Notes under the pieces: model-generated
The model's database searches: none
Seen by the model: the letters and a program-made list of their open reading frames with translations, nothing else
What the model was told of the DNA's origin: nothing
Position numbers and translations under genes: made by a program
Source of the DNA: Vicugna vicugna
Lineage: Eukaryota
Length of the DNA stretch: 64,000 nt
Assembly (NCBI GenBank): GCA_013265495.1
Contig: MU058337.1
Location: 6,554,716-6,618,715 of the forward strand
Direction of reading: 5' to 3'
In this document: positions 13,901 through 27,120 of the stretch, one piece after another
Layout of the letters: every line of letters begins with the position of its first letter
Position numbering within the stretch: position 1 is the stretch's first letter

Positions 13901-15517
13901 AAAAATCACTATTCACCAGCACTCTTCCAGTTTATTTTTTTAAGCAGAACAGTTTTAAGTTGGCAACTGATACACCTATCATAAACTGTTTAGTAAATTT
14001 TACTATCAAATGCTTTCTCACTTTGTAAACTATTTTAAATTATTTATTCTTCTTGTTATTAAGCATCTTGGGATCAAAACAATATCTATGTTAATTGCAT
14101 CATAAATCAGTTAAAAATTTCTTTAAGTACTATATACACTGTCAGGAAGCTACTGAAGAAGAGCTGCTTCTATTACCTTTAGGAGCAAGACTCTAAACAG
14201 TATTCTAAGAGCAGAGGGTAGAAGAGAGAGCTAAAAATCACCCATAGGCCTTGAGAGCCATTTCTTTCATTCAGTCAACAAAAAAGCAGCTGTCAGAGTA
14301 AACAGAGGTGGTCAGGACGAATATGAAAATTTAAGGACTGAGCCTTAAATATGGTTCTGGAGGCTGGAAACAACAATTTGATGCAAAGAGAAAACACCAA
14401 GGGAAACTTTTCAATTACTTATGAATAAGCAAATATATCCCAAGCTACATTAACTCAGCAATTAAGCAGTATTCTCACAGTAGCTTAGAGGAAAAAAGCT
14501 CTTGGCTTACCAAAAACCAAAGAAATGAGGAGATGAAGGAGACCTTCAAGTTCCTGTTTGCACTGAGGGTCAGATGAGAAAGAGGCTGACACAAGTGTAA
14601 TGGGAAGTTCCTTTCCTTCTCACCTTTCTATGTGGTTCAGGGGTATACCACCCAGGTCTGGCCAATCAGAGTGAATCCCCCTAATGGCAGACTAGTTCAT
14701 GAATAGGCATGTGACCCAAGGCTGTCCCTCTCTAGAACTTTTTGTTCTGTGTGTATAGAGGGGAGGATGGGGAAGATCTAAGGAGGCAAGAGGGTATGCG
14801 ATGTTCTAACCATACTATCTGAGCCACAGGATATGGTCATGTCCAAATGAGGTCTGAGATCAATGGCTCCTAACCTCCCTGAGTGAGGGCAAATGGGTCA
14901 ATCTGACAGTGACATGACAGACACTCAAGAGGAAGTATATGAAGACAGTCTTCCTGTTCACCACCTCCAGTACCTTACAGACCTTACAGTTTTGGAAGAG
15001 GTAAAGCATATGTAAACCATGACCACCACAGAATACAGACATTTGTAGGCAAAATTACAAAAGATCACAAAATACAAGTATTTTTATATGAAGTACATGC
15101 TATTTCTCAAACACCAAACTTAAGTTAAATTTTGTTTTCCTATGGTCTTTTCATGGCCTACAAGTATAAAATAGTGGTATTTTCTAGAAGACTGACCCAG
15201 GTGCTTTCCCCAAAGCATAAATATGCTCCTTTTAAATATATATGAATAAAATTAGTGCTCTAGGTACCAAGTCCATGTACCAAAACAGGTACCAGACATC
15301 ATAGTAGTCTAAATAAGCATCGTTAAACAACAGTCCTTTAACCTGTCAACCTACCTTGGTAATCCTCTGGCAAGTAAGTCACTACTTCATACTATTACTA
15401 ATAACAAAAATAGGGAATAAACTAACTTGTTATATTTTATAGTCAATTTATGCATTCAATGAAACAGGTTTCATCTTGAAAAGGAAAAGCCCCAAATCCC
15501 AAATCTCCATTTCTCAC

Positions 15518-15645
15518 CAGTGATGCTGATAATTCAGTAACATGCTTTTTTTCAAGAATTCTAACTTCTGTTTGTCTTCAGCTTTCTCTGTATGGTATGT
15601 TTTTGTACAAACAAGCTTACAGGTCTCCTCCTTATTAAATGAAAA
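15518..15645 (-). CDS. TM9SF2: TM9SF2 exon 4
   Basis: tacag|TTT; FSFNKEETCKLVCTKTYHTEKAEDKQKLEFLKKSMLLNYQHH(W); donor GTGAGA; 128 nt. Confidence 0.97.
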
Positions 15646-16929
15646 CTGTATTAAAATAAAGTAGAAAGAAAATTAAGAAAAAACATCCAGGTCCTTTACA
15701 TATATGACATAAATACAGTAAAATCACTGGTCTCATTAAATTACTTAAGTGCATTAATATTGATAATAAACATTTTTAAATTCCTCAAAGCTCAACGAGA
15801 TTTTAATTTCAATATTACTCTTTTCTCTAAAAACTTAAAGTCATCAGTTTTTCTTTTGATAAGTAACAGTTTTTATTTTTATTTTTGATAATTTCATTCT
15901 ACACATCTTTTAAGTGTAAATGAGTCCTAGGAGGGAAAAAAACCTACATGTAGAATAAAACAACATCAGTCTTTCCACAGTAATGTTCCCTCACAATGTT
16001 TTGGAAATTATAGATTTGAAGGCACTCTAGTAATAAACAGACAAGTTTTTAAGTCTATATAGTCATTCAGTGGATATTTGTTAAGTGTCCCCTATGCAGG
16101 CGATAGAGATTCAGCAGTGAATAACAGACTGTGATGACAAGAAAAAGTCAAATCTGGATGTCTAGAATCAGAATAAACATTCTTTTTACTCACATGTGAA
16201 AAGACTGTCAATTTTCAGGATGTTATGTAATAATGAAGTTGAAACAAAGGGTAAAGTTGAAACAAAATTTGATAATTTTTAAACAAAAGTTTAAACAAAA
16301 GTTTAAAAATTACAGAAATTTATTAACTATATATAGTTCATAATATAATTATATATAGTCCAATACATCATTTAATAAATTCAAACTTTATTACAGGGAG
16401 TACAAAAACCAACTTGTGTATATTTCACTTCAAAGTAATCCATTCTTTTATACATTACTCATTAAAATCCCTAAACCGGTTTCTATGCATCAGCTGACAA
16501 ACCAATGTACCAAGTATAGCCCACTGCTGCCACCTGTCAGCCAACAGTTTCATTTTGGCCACGTTGCTACTTCTGTAAATATAGCAATATCTGTGTAAAT
16601 ATTTAATATTTTAAATCTTATATGAAACTTACAGGTTCCATTTTAAAAAGCAGGAAATGAAAAAAAGTATACATACTAAGGAATAAGTGTCAAACTCAAT
16701 GCAGAGAAAGACATTTTTAGTTATACCAAAAGTGGCAAATCTTACACCTCAATCCAGTGCTTACTGGGTTTAGGCAAGTCAACTGTGTGTTCAATTGTGA
16801 AGGAAAAGAGCAAACCTAAAGATGACATCTAATCATGACAATAAACACTTATTTATTACCTCATGTAACCCTCCCAGTAACCCTATGAAGGAGTCTCCTT
16901 TGCTGGCTCCTCTATGTCTACCTGACGGA

Positions 16930-18020
16930 TTAACATTAATTGCGCAAAGGCTCAGCCCTTGGAATTCTTCTGTTCACTATTTGTACCACGCCCTTGGGGA
17001 TCTCATCAATTCCTGGCTTTAAATATCACCTACACACTAATGATTCTCAAATACACATTTCTAGGCTGAACCCCCTCTCCACACTCCAGACACATCTTCG
17101 ACTGTCAACTTAACATCCCCACCTGGATGCCTAATGAACAACACACATTATGTCAAAACTAACTCTGCCCTGTTCTCTCCAAACATGCTCTTCTCTCAGA
17201 CTTTTCATCTTAGAAAACAAGCTCCACACCCTAGTTCTCACCCTTCAGCAAACTCTGTTGGCCCCACCTTCAAAATACAGCCAGTTTCTAAGATTCTGAC
17301 CACTTCACAACCCCTACCCCTTACCCTAATGGTCTGAGTCACCATCAAGTGATACATATTTCCATGACTGATCACAAGAGCCCCCCTAAATGGTCTCCTA
17401 GCTTCCCTCCTTGCTCTCTCAGGGTTCATTCACAACACAGCGGCCCTGGTGATCCTGTTAAAATTAAGCGCATCCAAATCCCCTTAATGCTAACCACCTT
17501 GCCCAGATATACAGGTCAAAGTCTTTAAAATGGCCTGTGAGTCACTACATGATGTGGTCCCAATACTTCTTTGCCCTCATTTCCTACTATTCTCTATCTT
17601 GCTCACCTGCTTGAATCACAGCAGTTTTTTCTGTACCCTGAATACATCTCAGGACCCTTGCTTTTGCTGCTCTCTTCCCCTAGAACACCCTCCCCCCACC
17701 CCCAGATACTCTCATGGCTCACTCCCCTACTTGCTTCAGGTCTTTTGCTCAAATGTCACCTTCTCAGATGAGACTTTCTCCGACCTATTTAAAACTGAAA
17801 ATTCTCCATCCATCTTCCCTGATTTATCTTCAGTAGTTATTTCAGTAGCAACTGACACACTATATATTTCAGTAATTCATTTTGTTTCCTTGTCCCCGTT
17901 AGAATACAAGTTGCACTAGGACAGAGATTTCTGTCTGTTCACTGCTGTATCCCACACCTGCCACGGTGCCTAGCATGTGAAAGGCATTCGGTAGTTGTGT
18001 CAACTGAGTGAATGAATAAA
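16930..18020 (+). mobile_element. L2 3' region
   Basis: CTCAAATGTCACCTTCTCAG, TGTTCACTGCTGTATCCC, ending GAGTGAATGAATAAA. Confidence 0.8.
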
Positions 18021-19389
18021 TCAATATGAGTGGTTAGACTTGAGAGTTTATGGTATGTGGCTCCAGCTTCACATAATGCACACACTGTCTTGCATTGCTT
18101 TTTCCTGACCCCAACAAAAGTCATAGATAAAAGATGGCAAAGCAGATCTGGGGTTTTGTTTTGTTGCTGGTTGTTACCAGTTGTTTACTGCAGATCTAAA
18201 CAATGGCAAATTTCTTTGAAAATAAACAACAAAGAATCAATACTGAAAAATATGTCAATACATTCAAGGCTGGCTTGGGAAAAGAAATCTGATATCTTAG
18301 CCCCGTGTTTCTATTAACCTATGCTTTGGTCTTAAGAAATGCTTGCTCTGTCTCTTTAAGCATGGGGCTTAAAGAATTTGTTTAAGCACAAATCTTGATC
18401 CTAAGAAATTCTAGAAAATTCATGGAAAGTATTAGGTGCACATTCTTTCTCCATTTTAAAACAGTCCGCTGTTCTACTATTTTGCCTCAACTCTTAGAAC
18501 AAAATTAAATCTGAAAAGCACTACGCCTCAAAGAAAGGTCTTTTACATAAGCATAGTTATATATAAACAAATGTACCCTGAATGAGATCCTACTAAAGAA
18601 GTAATTAGCCTTTAAAGTCTGCATCAAAGGGACAAAGCTTCTCCATGGATTTGAATATTTTGCTGTTTACTGCTAGAGGCTCCTGCTGTCTCTCAAGTTC
18701 ACTGGAAGTGTTACTGATGCTCTTCTCATCATCCATTATTTCATAAGGCCAAAGCATAAACAAACAGAAAGATGGGGCTGAGACACCATAGGACAATTTC
18801 AAGGTAGTTATATAATTTAATAAATATGCCTGAAAATCACCCCCTGCTATAAAAGAATGCAGTAACTTCCAAAGGAATCTTTCACAATACACATCATGGA
18901 GACATTACACAATATTCTTGCCCTGCTCAACATCACTCATATTCATAGCCTCTGAGCTTCTTCTTTCCCAGTGACTTAATCTCATTACTCCTCCAAATCT
19001 ACTACTTTTAAAAAATTTCTTAAATTTCTGGTTATCTTTAGGGTAGAAAATCTCAAATTAAAATATTCTAAGAGGACATACTTATGGTTGAGAACTATAA
19101 ACTTGTAGTGAATTAAATTTATACATTTACACGTCTTCCCCCCAGTGCTTCACAGTATAGATATAGTTTTGGAGTAAAAGTGTTAGTGGGACTAATCTAG
19201 GATTGGGGATTTGCTGGACAGATGCTCAGTGTAATAAGTGCCAAGGGAGATAGATGGTGGTGCTTAGCGAGAAAGCAGGGAAGGTGGCTAATCACAAGGT
19301 CACAGAAGAGAAGGATGTGACACCAGGAGAAGGAGCTGTTAGGCTAGGGAATAAAACTTGGGGTTAAGTTAAAGTCATTAAGTATTCAA

Positions 19390-19390
19390 A

Positions 19391-19445
<55 letters not shown>

Positions 19446-19457
19446 GATAGATAGATA
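19390..19457 (+). repeat. (TAGA)n tetranucleotide microsatellite
   Basis: About 16 units, with one TAAA interruption. Confidence 0.97.
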
Positions 19458-20394
19458 AAGTGAATGTGCTCACATGGACAGATGCCCAAGGCAGAGTTAA
19501 AGAAAAATGCACAGTGCAGAATACGTTAAATCATAAATATGCACATTTAATTCTATTTTTATATGCTTGTAAGTACATGGAAAATTTCAGGAAAAATTAA
19601 CAAGAAACTAATTTGGAACAGGGAAGAGAAACTTACTTTTCATTTTATATACTTCTGTACCATTTATTTTTGTATATGATTGATACATTATTATTGTAAG
19701 AAACTAGTTTAATTTTTCTAAAAGAGACACCCATTATTCTTTGTGTAGCAGGAGAGCAGATATAAAATGAAAAGGAGACTATGAAATTCAGAAGGATAAC
19801 AGGCTTAAAATATAATAGATTTAAAAGGCAGAGTAATTCTGGGTGATGATCAAGTGCATATATTGGAGAGAGTACCTTACACTGTGCTTAGCTTGGTTTA
19901 AGTGATGTCCTAAAAATGTATCAAAGATGTTCCAAATACACTTTCAGTGGTCAAACCAGAAATGTTATCTTCCCCAAAACGCAATGGGAAAGCCAAAGTC
20001 CTGCTATACTGGCTAACTGAGAAAATCTAGGGATACCGCTCCTAGAGAGGGAGGAGCAATGGAGCAGCTGGGGCAACTCTTCACGGCTGAAGGCTGGGTT
20101 CCAGGCCCCCCTGCAAGGTGAGGCTGGAGGCCTAAGCACTATCCTTTTGGCCACCATATCATCACTTGCAATACTGACTATATGAATTAACATAAACTTA
20201 TCCATGACACATTGTAAAAAGGGGAGGGATCCTCCTAAATCGTGACTTTAAGAATCAAATTATTCCAGGGTGCAAAAGAGAAGTGAATTCCTTCTTAGGT
20301 ATGAGAACTAAGTTATTTCAGGCTTTTCTGTAAGGCAGGGGGGAAAAGAAAAAAGATGTAACTAAATAACTTTTATATAACACTGAATACAAAC

Positions 20395-20488
20395 CTTATA
20401 TGGTGATGGTTCAATTCTTTCCCCGAACAACACCTGACCAAGATTTTCAGATGGGCGTTTTCCTTCTGATGCCTGGCAAAAATCAAAC
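20395..20488 (-). CDS. TM9SF2: TM9SF2 exon 3
   Basis: ccccag|G; FDFCQASEGKRPSENLGQVLFGERIEPSPYK; donor AAG|GTTTGT; 94 nt. Confidence 0.96.
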
Positions 20489-22247
20489 CTGGGGGCAAGA
20501 ATATTTAAGTTTTTAAGCATAAAAGGAAACAAGGAGATATCACACCCCTAGCCAATCTAGAGGACAGATCAGGTACTGATCATGCCAGCAGCTCTTGCAG
20601 CTAAGTAAGAAACACATTTGTACTTCAAGTTTCATGTACCACATCTCTTCAAAACAAAAAAAAAATCTGAAAATTATGCCTTAGAATGCTTCCATTTTTA
20701 AATAATTTTATTAACATGTAAATTATAGGATTTTTAAATTGACACATTATTTTTGTTCGTTCCAATGATAAAATTATTTATATCCTATTCTTTAAAGTAA
20801 TTTTGCATAACTTATCTTTTGTTATAACTTTCTAATCCAAACATTTACTTAATAATGACACTTGAAGATGTGCCAAATTTACATGGGTTTCTGCCTCACC
20901 CTGATACACTGGCCAACACATCCCAACATGAAAAGCATGGTTAGACAGGCTCTCTGAGAGCAGGGAGTTGTGGAGAAGCCATAACCAGTCGACTGTAAGC
21001 TTCTCTCTGTGTTATAATTCCCTTGAACTGCTAACCAGAGTTTCACAAAGTTTTGTTTGAACATTACAGCCTAATTTCAGCTTTGCTATAGAATATTAAA
21101 GGGCAATTCTGTGTTTACCACAGAATGATATGGGAGTACTTAAGACCAGCACAGTGATGACTACAGATTAGTTAGATTCCTAACAGGAAGATGAATCGTG
21201 GGTGATAAAAAACGGGCTGAGAACTTCCTAAATGAAGACTCTCCAACTACTGGATGTAAGAGATCCATTTCCCAGGAATATCCACAAAGATTTAAGGAAA
21301 GATGTTTGTTTATTTAACAAAACAAAAACTAGAAAAAGCATTTAAGTGTCCAGTAGTTATATAAATTATGCTCCAACCATTCGTGAAAGTTGTATTCTCT
21401 TCTCACACATGTTTAGATACATGGATTCTCGTTGGATAGTCTAAAACTGTTTTTCTGTGTTTTTTTCCAAAGTAAACACGTATTTTCTTTCAAAATTCCT
21501 AGGTAACAGAGAAATTAAGACGCCAACTAAAATTTAGGAATTTTATTTTACACCCAATATGGTAGATAGAACTCAAATGAACAAAGGATATTATATATTT
21601 TTAGTAATATCAAAAAATGGAAATGATCAAACGTTCATAAATAGAGGATTAGTGCAACAAATCATACACAGACTCTATACAATCTCTACAAAGGAATAAT
21701 AAACAGCTAGTAAAAAGACTGAGGTAGCTGTGTATTAACAGAGAAAGATATGCACATAGAGTCAGTGAGAAAAACAAGGTACAAATAAAATGTATAAACC
21801 TACTTTTATTTAAGACAAAATGTGTAAATGTGGTTATGTACATTAGCATATGCAGAGAAAAATGCAGGGGGTGCAAATAAAGCCATTACTTCTGGGACTG
21901 ATAATGTGGGACATAAAAATTTTGTTTAAAACTGTATGGGTTTTTTAATAATCAAAAAAATTAAATAAAACAAAACGGCTATTTGTCCAGTCAGATAAAA
22001 AAGGAAATTCATTATTTTAGTTGATGCTTCTGTTTTATTGCAAAGTGACATAAAAAAAAAATCACATTTCACATTTTTAACCCTACCTTTTAAAGGGAAA
22101 TAAATATCCCTTTAAAAATGTTTTCAGGCCCTCTACACTTCTTAAATGCACATGAATTTGTTCATAATTGTGGAGAAGATAAAGTTCTAAATGTACCAAA
22201 TTCTGATGTCATTTAATTTTATATAAAAACCAAGCTGAAAAACTTAC

Positions 22248-22315
22248 GCTGTATATTCATAAGGAAGAACAGATTCCACTGAGTCAAGCCTGTTCACAAA
22301 TAGTTCAATTTCAGC
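22248..22315 (-). CDS. TM9SF2: TM9SF2 exon 2
   Basis: ttttcag|GCTGAA...; AEIELFVNRLDSVESVLPYEYT(A); donor GTAAGT; 68 nt, in frame with exon 1. Confidence 0.97.
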
Positions 22316-23962
22316 CTGAAAATGAGGAAACACAGAATCAGAATATAAAAAGCTGGAGACCAAAACTTAAGTCATGGCTTAGAGTTAAAAAGGAATTTGA
22401 CATGTTTAAAATGAGAAATGTTATGATATCTAACTCACTTTAAAGAATTCCCTTATAAATCCATTCACCAAGTAGATTTATATTATCTAAATTACAATAA
22501 AATAATTTTCAGAGTTGCAAATGTCTCCAATATTATCTAAATCCTTGTTAAGTAAAAATTGTTTAAAAATTAGATAGGTTAAATAATTCATCACATCAAT
22601 ATACATGCTCTTTAAAAAAATCTGGTTTTCAAATGCAGTATTTCATTTTGTAGCACAAAAATAATTTTTATTTTTAAACACTTTTTAAAAACATTCTCAC
22701 AGCATTCAAGAAATGCTGCCAGTGAAAAGAATAAGAGAAATGGAGGCATCCAAGAAATATTTTAAGAATGACTCTGATAGGAGTTTGATGGGTTTTATGT
22801 GAAGGTAAAGATGAAAGATGCCTTAAGTTTCTGATGTGGACAAGTAAAACAGACAGTGGAAGAGAATTAGGTTTTGGGGAAGAGATCATGAGTTTGTCTT
22901 CAGACATGTTTTGTCTGAAGTGACTTTGAGATATCTAAGTGTAGAAGGATAAACAATCATAGCACTCAGAAAGAAAAATCTGGAGATACAAATTTGAGAC
23001 ATATCTGCGATTAAAGTGAATATGAGACACCTCTAAACTTGGCCAAAAATTTGCAAAGGCTGTAACACCTGTGGATATTTGAAATGTGAAGTGGCTACAG
23101 CCTTCTGGAAAGCAATCCAACAGCATCTTCTTAAATTAAAAATACATATATTCTTCCACTCAGCAATCCTACTTGTGAGAACTTATCCCCTAGAAATACA
23201 ATCAACTGTGCACAGGAGACCATGTACAAGAATGTATACTGCAGACTTGTTCATTTTAACAAGAAACTAGAAACATATTGCAGTATGCCTATTGACAGTA
23301 AATTAGCTATTAAAATAAACGCCATGGGACCATTAAAAAAAATGTTGCCAAGCAGGTAAGAAATTTCTAGATCATCTGTAATAGAAATACAATCTCATGC
23401 TCTTAAACAAACAGGAGATGGACAATGACAACATGGTTTAACTTTAGAGGACTGCTTTGATCAATCTGAGAATGCTGAACTACAAAGGTAGTGACAGTGA
23501 AGAAATTCACAAAGACCAAATCAAATTCAGCAATGGGGTACAAACGGAAAAACTGTATCAACTCTGTAGGAAATATGCATTAATTTAAAGCCACACCTTC
23601 CTATTGAAGCTCCCCAAATTTCTCCAAGGTATATCTGAAGTTCCAAATGGCCCACGTACCCACTTTCCCAATAGAGGCTTAATCCTATTCAAGACAGAAA
23701 TCTTTAGTTGAAAAAGTCAGCAAGTAATTTGTGCTCTGAAGTGCTTTTGGTGCTAACCAGAAACAATTACACAGGAGCAGTTTACCTGGGCCAAGTATTT
23801 TCATAGGGTTAGATCACTACGGCTGCCTCTGGACGCTGATTGTGAGGCTACTTGGAATGACATAAAGCCACATTTTCCGTTTTGATCTCATTTACTAGAG
23901 CTGTCAGCAGTTCTTTATGCCTGGTTTACACCCTGAATGTGAGACCAGATATTTGATGTACA

Positions 23963-24080
23963 GGGGAAGGCATAGCTCAAGTAGTAGAGCACGTGCTTAG
24001 AACGCACAAGGTTCTGGGTTCAATCCCCAGTACCTCCTCTAAAAATAAATAAATGAATAAACCTAATTACCTCCCCTCCT
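23963..24080 (+). mobile_element. tRNA-Ala-derived SINE (Vic-1-like)
   Basis: Same head and tail (…AATAAACCTAATTACCTCCCC). Perfect 17-bp TSD CAGATATTTGATGTACA at 23946-23962 and 24081-24097. Confidence 0.92.
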
Positions 24081-24134
24081 CAGATATTTGATGTACAAAA
24101 ACACTGTCACTGGAAAAACAGCAAAACCCAGCAG

Positions 24135-24365
24135 GCAAGAGTAGACTCTGGGGCCAGTCTGCCTGGGTTCAAATCCCATTTCTACCATTTATATACTTGG
24201 TCAAACTATTTAACATCTTGGTTCCCTTATGAGTGCTTCAGTCTCTTTATCTGCAAAATGGGAATAACAGTATTTATCTCACTGAAGTATGAGAATTAAA
24301 TGAGTTAACATTTGTAAAGTACTTCAAACACTGCCTAGTACATGAAGTGCTATGTATTTGTTAAT
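24135..24365 (+). mobile_element. MIR SINE
   Basis: CTGCCTGGGTTCAAATCCC...TCAGTCTCTTTATCTGCAAAATGGGAATAAC core. Confidence 0.85.
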
Positions 24366-25052
24366 ACATAAATAATACACAAATAAAGCCAAATAAAGTT
24401 AATGATATTAAGATTAGGGAATACCTAAACTACACAGCTCATCCACTAAAATGCTCATCTAATTTTCATGTTATACAAGGAAGACAGTAGTCTTTGCATA
24501 TAGCACACTGTAAACAGTATTATACAAAATCCCTAAGGGTGTACTCAAATAAAAACACAACTCAGTGGCGACACTGTCTCAAACACACACAAAAAATTTA
24601 ACTGTGTCTCCTTGTATAAAATATCCAAGACCATATCATTGGTCATTTTAGCTAAAAAGATAATGAAACACGACATTAAAGTTTACAGAATGCTTGAGTA
24701 ACTTAACAAAAATACGTATAACTGTTGTGAAGGCAAAATTCCCAGCTGATAGCCTACTCTGCCAAAATAATTCTCACTAATTATAAGGGGTCAACACTGC
24801 TACAAAGATACACCAGAATCCAAGCGTTCTATTTAATATAGCTTAATGAAGACTAAAAGTTCCTAAAAAGCTAATCCAGTTTACATTTTTAGATCACTTT
24901 CTAAGAAAAAGGTAGCTATTATACACATAGAAAGTTCTACACAATTCTCTGTGTTTTGCATTTCAAAATCCACAGAGCCACACTTTCAGCACATAAGTTA
25001 ACTCTCTTGTGCTGCAATTAAACATATTATTTACTCTCAATCTCATTCAGTA

Positions 25053-25275
25053 CAAAGTGATTAAGAACACAGACTGAAGCTGGGCAGCATAGGTTTAAAT
25101 CCTGGCTCTGACATTTACTAGTTGTGTGTTCTTGGGCAAGTTTCTTCACTTCCCTGTGCCTTGGTTTTCACATCTGTAGAATGGAAGTAAGAATAATAAT
25201 CCCTGCTTTAGTCGTTTTTGAGAAGATTCAAGAACAGTGCCTGTCACAAAGTACTATGTAAGTATTTACTATTAT
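25053..25275 (+). mobile_element. MIR SINE
   Basis: GGTTTAAATCCTGGCTCTGACATTTACTAGTTGTGTG..TTGGGCAAGT core. Confidence 0.85.
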
Positions 25276-25276
25276 G

Positions 25277-25469
25277 CAGCAGTGTCCAATAGAACTTTAA
25301 GCAATGATGAAAATACTCATTATCTGCACTGTCAAATACTGTAGCCACTAGCCATATGGGGCCATTGGTCACTTGAAATGTGGTCAGTGTGGCTTAGAAA
25401 CTGAATTTAAATTTTTACTTAATTTTAATTACATTTAAGAAGTTACAGGAGGCTAATGGGACAGCACAG
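25277..25469. mobile_element. MER3-like hAT-Charlie MITE
   Basis: CAGCAGTGTCCAATAGAACTTT...GTAGCCACTAGCCATATG...GGACAGCACAG termini. Confidence 0.75.
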
Positions 25470-25572
25470 TAATGGAAAAGAGTAAAATGCTGCTTAGGAC
25501 CATATAATTAATATTTTTACTCTAGTCTCTATAATCTTTACCTGGAAAAATAACTCTAATGTTAGTCTACCT

Positions 25573-25887
25573 CAAAGGTTGGCAAATTATTTTCTTCAAG
25601 GGTCAGAGAGTAAATATTTTAAGCTTTGTTGGACACATAGTCTCTGCAACTGCAGTGCAAAAGCAGCCACAGACATTATGAAAATGAAGGAGCCCAGCTG
25701 CAGTCCAATAAAACTTTATTTATGGGCACTGAAACTTGATCTTCATGTAATTTTCACTCACCACTAATATTATTCTTCTTTTGATTTTTTTTCCCAATCA
25801 CTCAAAAATGTGAACACAATTCTTAGATGGAGGACCCTACAAAAACAGGCAGCAAGCTGGACTGGACTCCTAGTTAGTTCATCCTTG
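25573..25887. mobile_element. MER58-like hAT-Charlie element
   Basis: CAAAGGTTGGCAAATT...AGTAAATATTTTAAGCTTTG...CCAATAAAACTTTATTTA. Confidence 0.8.
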
Positions 25888-25959
25888 GGCTCTGGTTTCT
25901 AGGTATTTTTCAATGTTCTTTAAATTCACATCTTAGGGAACCCAGAACATGGCAAAGAG

Positions 25960-27120
25960 TTCAGAGATCTGATGCCATGTAAAAAATTTGGGACAATGTT
26001 CAAGAGTATATAAATTTAGGGGAAAAGTTTCTTCCATTTCTATGCAATGGACGAGGCAAGAATTTTTGCTTAGCCTATGATGTTCTCTCTGAAGTTTCAC
26101 GGTACATCTCTCGGCTGTAGGATTATAAGATTGAGGGAAAACCCTACTCTCATTTTCTGACTTCTCTCATCTCTCCTTTGAGTCTTAATATTTCAAAACG
26201 GAAAGGTCTTAATCTTTTGAATTGTCTATCTCCTTGATCATGCCAGCTGCTTTTCTGGGGACCTTGCCCTACTCTCATATCTTTCTAAAACGATATTATC
26301 ATTGAAAATTACAGGCAGAATTTAAGACACAGACTTCAAAGTTTCATATATGTATAAAATGATAGTTACTTTTCATTAGCCTTTTTGGCAAAAAGCATAT
26401 TCTTCAATGACCCTCTTCATCTCTTTCCAATGTTCTGTAACAGCTTAGAGCTCATCACCTCAAAAATATAACTGTTAATTGTTTTTCTTCAAATATACTT
26501 TCTTAATTTGTCCACGATCAAATTAATTTACTACTTTTTGTTCTCTTACATAACCTAAAGAGAGCTTCCGGAGTATATTCCCATTGGCTTCATATCATGT
26601 TACACATAAGAGCTTAATTAAAACTATCAGCGAATTAAAACATTTCACATTAATCCTCTTTGCTAAATTTAAGATCTAAATTAGTCTCAGGGACTTGTTC
26701 TGGAAGTCTGTCTCCACTTTTATTATTCCCCACGGTTTATTCCCTACTCAACTCCACCCTTAAGCTAACCCACACCACTTTAAATTCCAATTTAATCTTT
26801 TTAACAAACAATCTTGTTGGGGGGAGGGTATAGCTCAATGGTAGAGCGCATGTCTAGCACGCAGGCAGGTCCTGGGTTCAATCCCCAGTAACTCCATTAA
26901 AGATAAAAAACAAACAAACAAAAAAAAAGTAATTACTTCCCCCACAAAATAAAAATAAGTAAATAAATAATTTTGAAAAAGAAAAAGAAAAAAAAATCTT
27001 GTCAAAACTTTAGAAATCAAATTCACTGGCTCCCTCTAAGTCCACTATAAGTCTCTGAATCAAACTCAAGAAGCCAGGAAAATTCCTCTACTAGACACCA
27101 TGCTAGTCTTCTGTTTATAT
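25960..27120 (-). mobile_element. Ancient CR1/L3 LINE remnant, interrupted by the SINE at 26819
   Basis: Antisense similarity to CR1 ORF2, e.g. minus-strand GATTTCTAAAGTTTTGACAAG at about 26998-27018 (degenerate DFxKAFDK) and CCTTGATCAT...CTTTTCTGGGGACCTT near 26230. Confidence 0.5.
26819..26994 (+). mobile_element. tRNA-Ala-derived SINE (Vic-1-like)
   Basis: GGGGAGGGTATAGCTCAATGGTAGAGCGC...GGTTCAATCCCC with A-rich tail; TSD AATCTTGT at 26810-26817 and 26995-27002. Confidence 0.9.
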
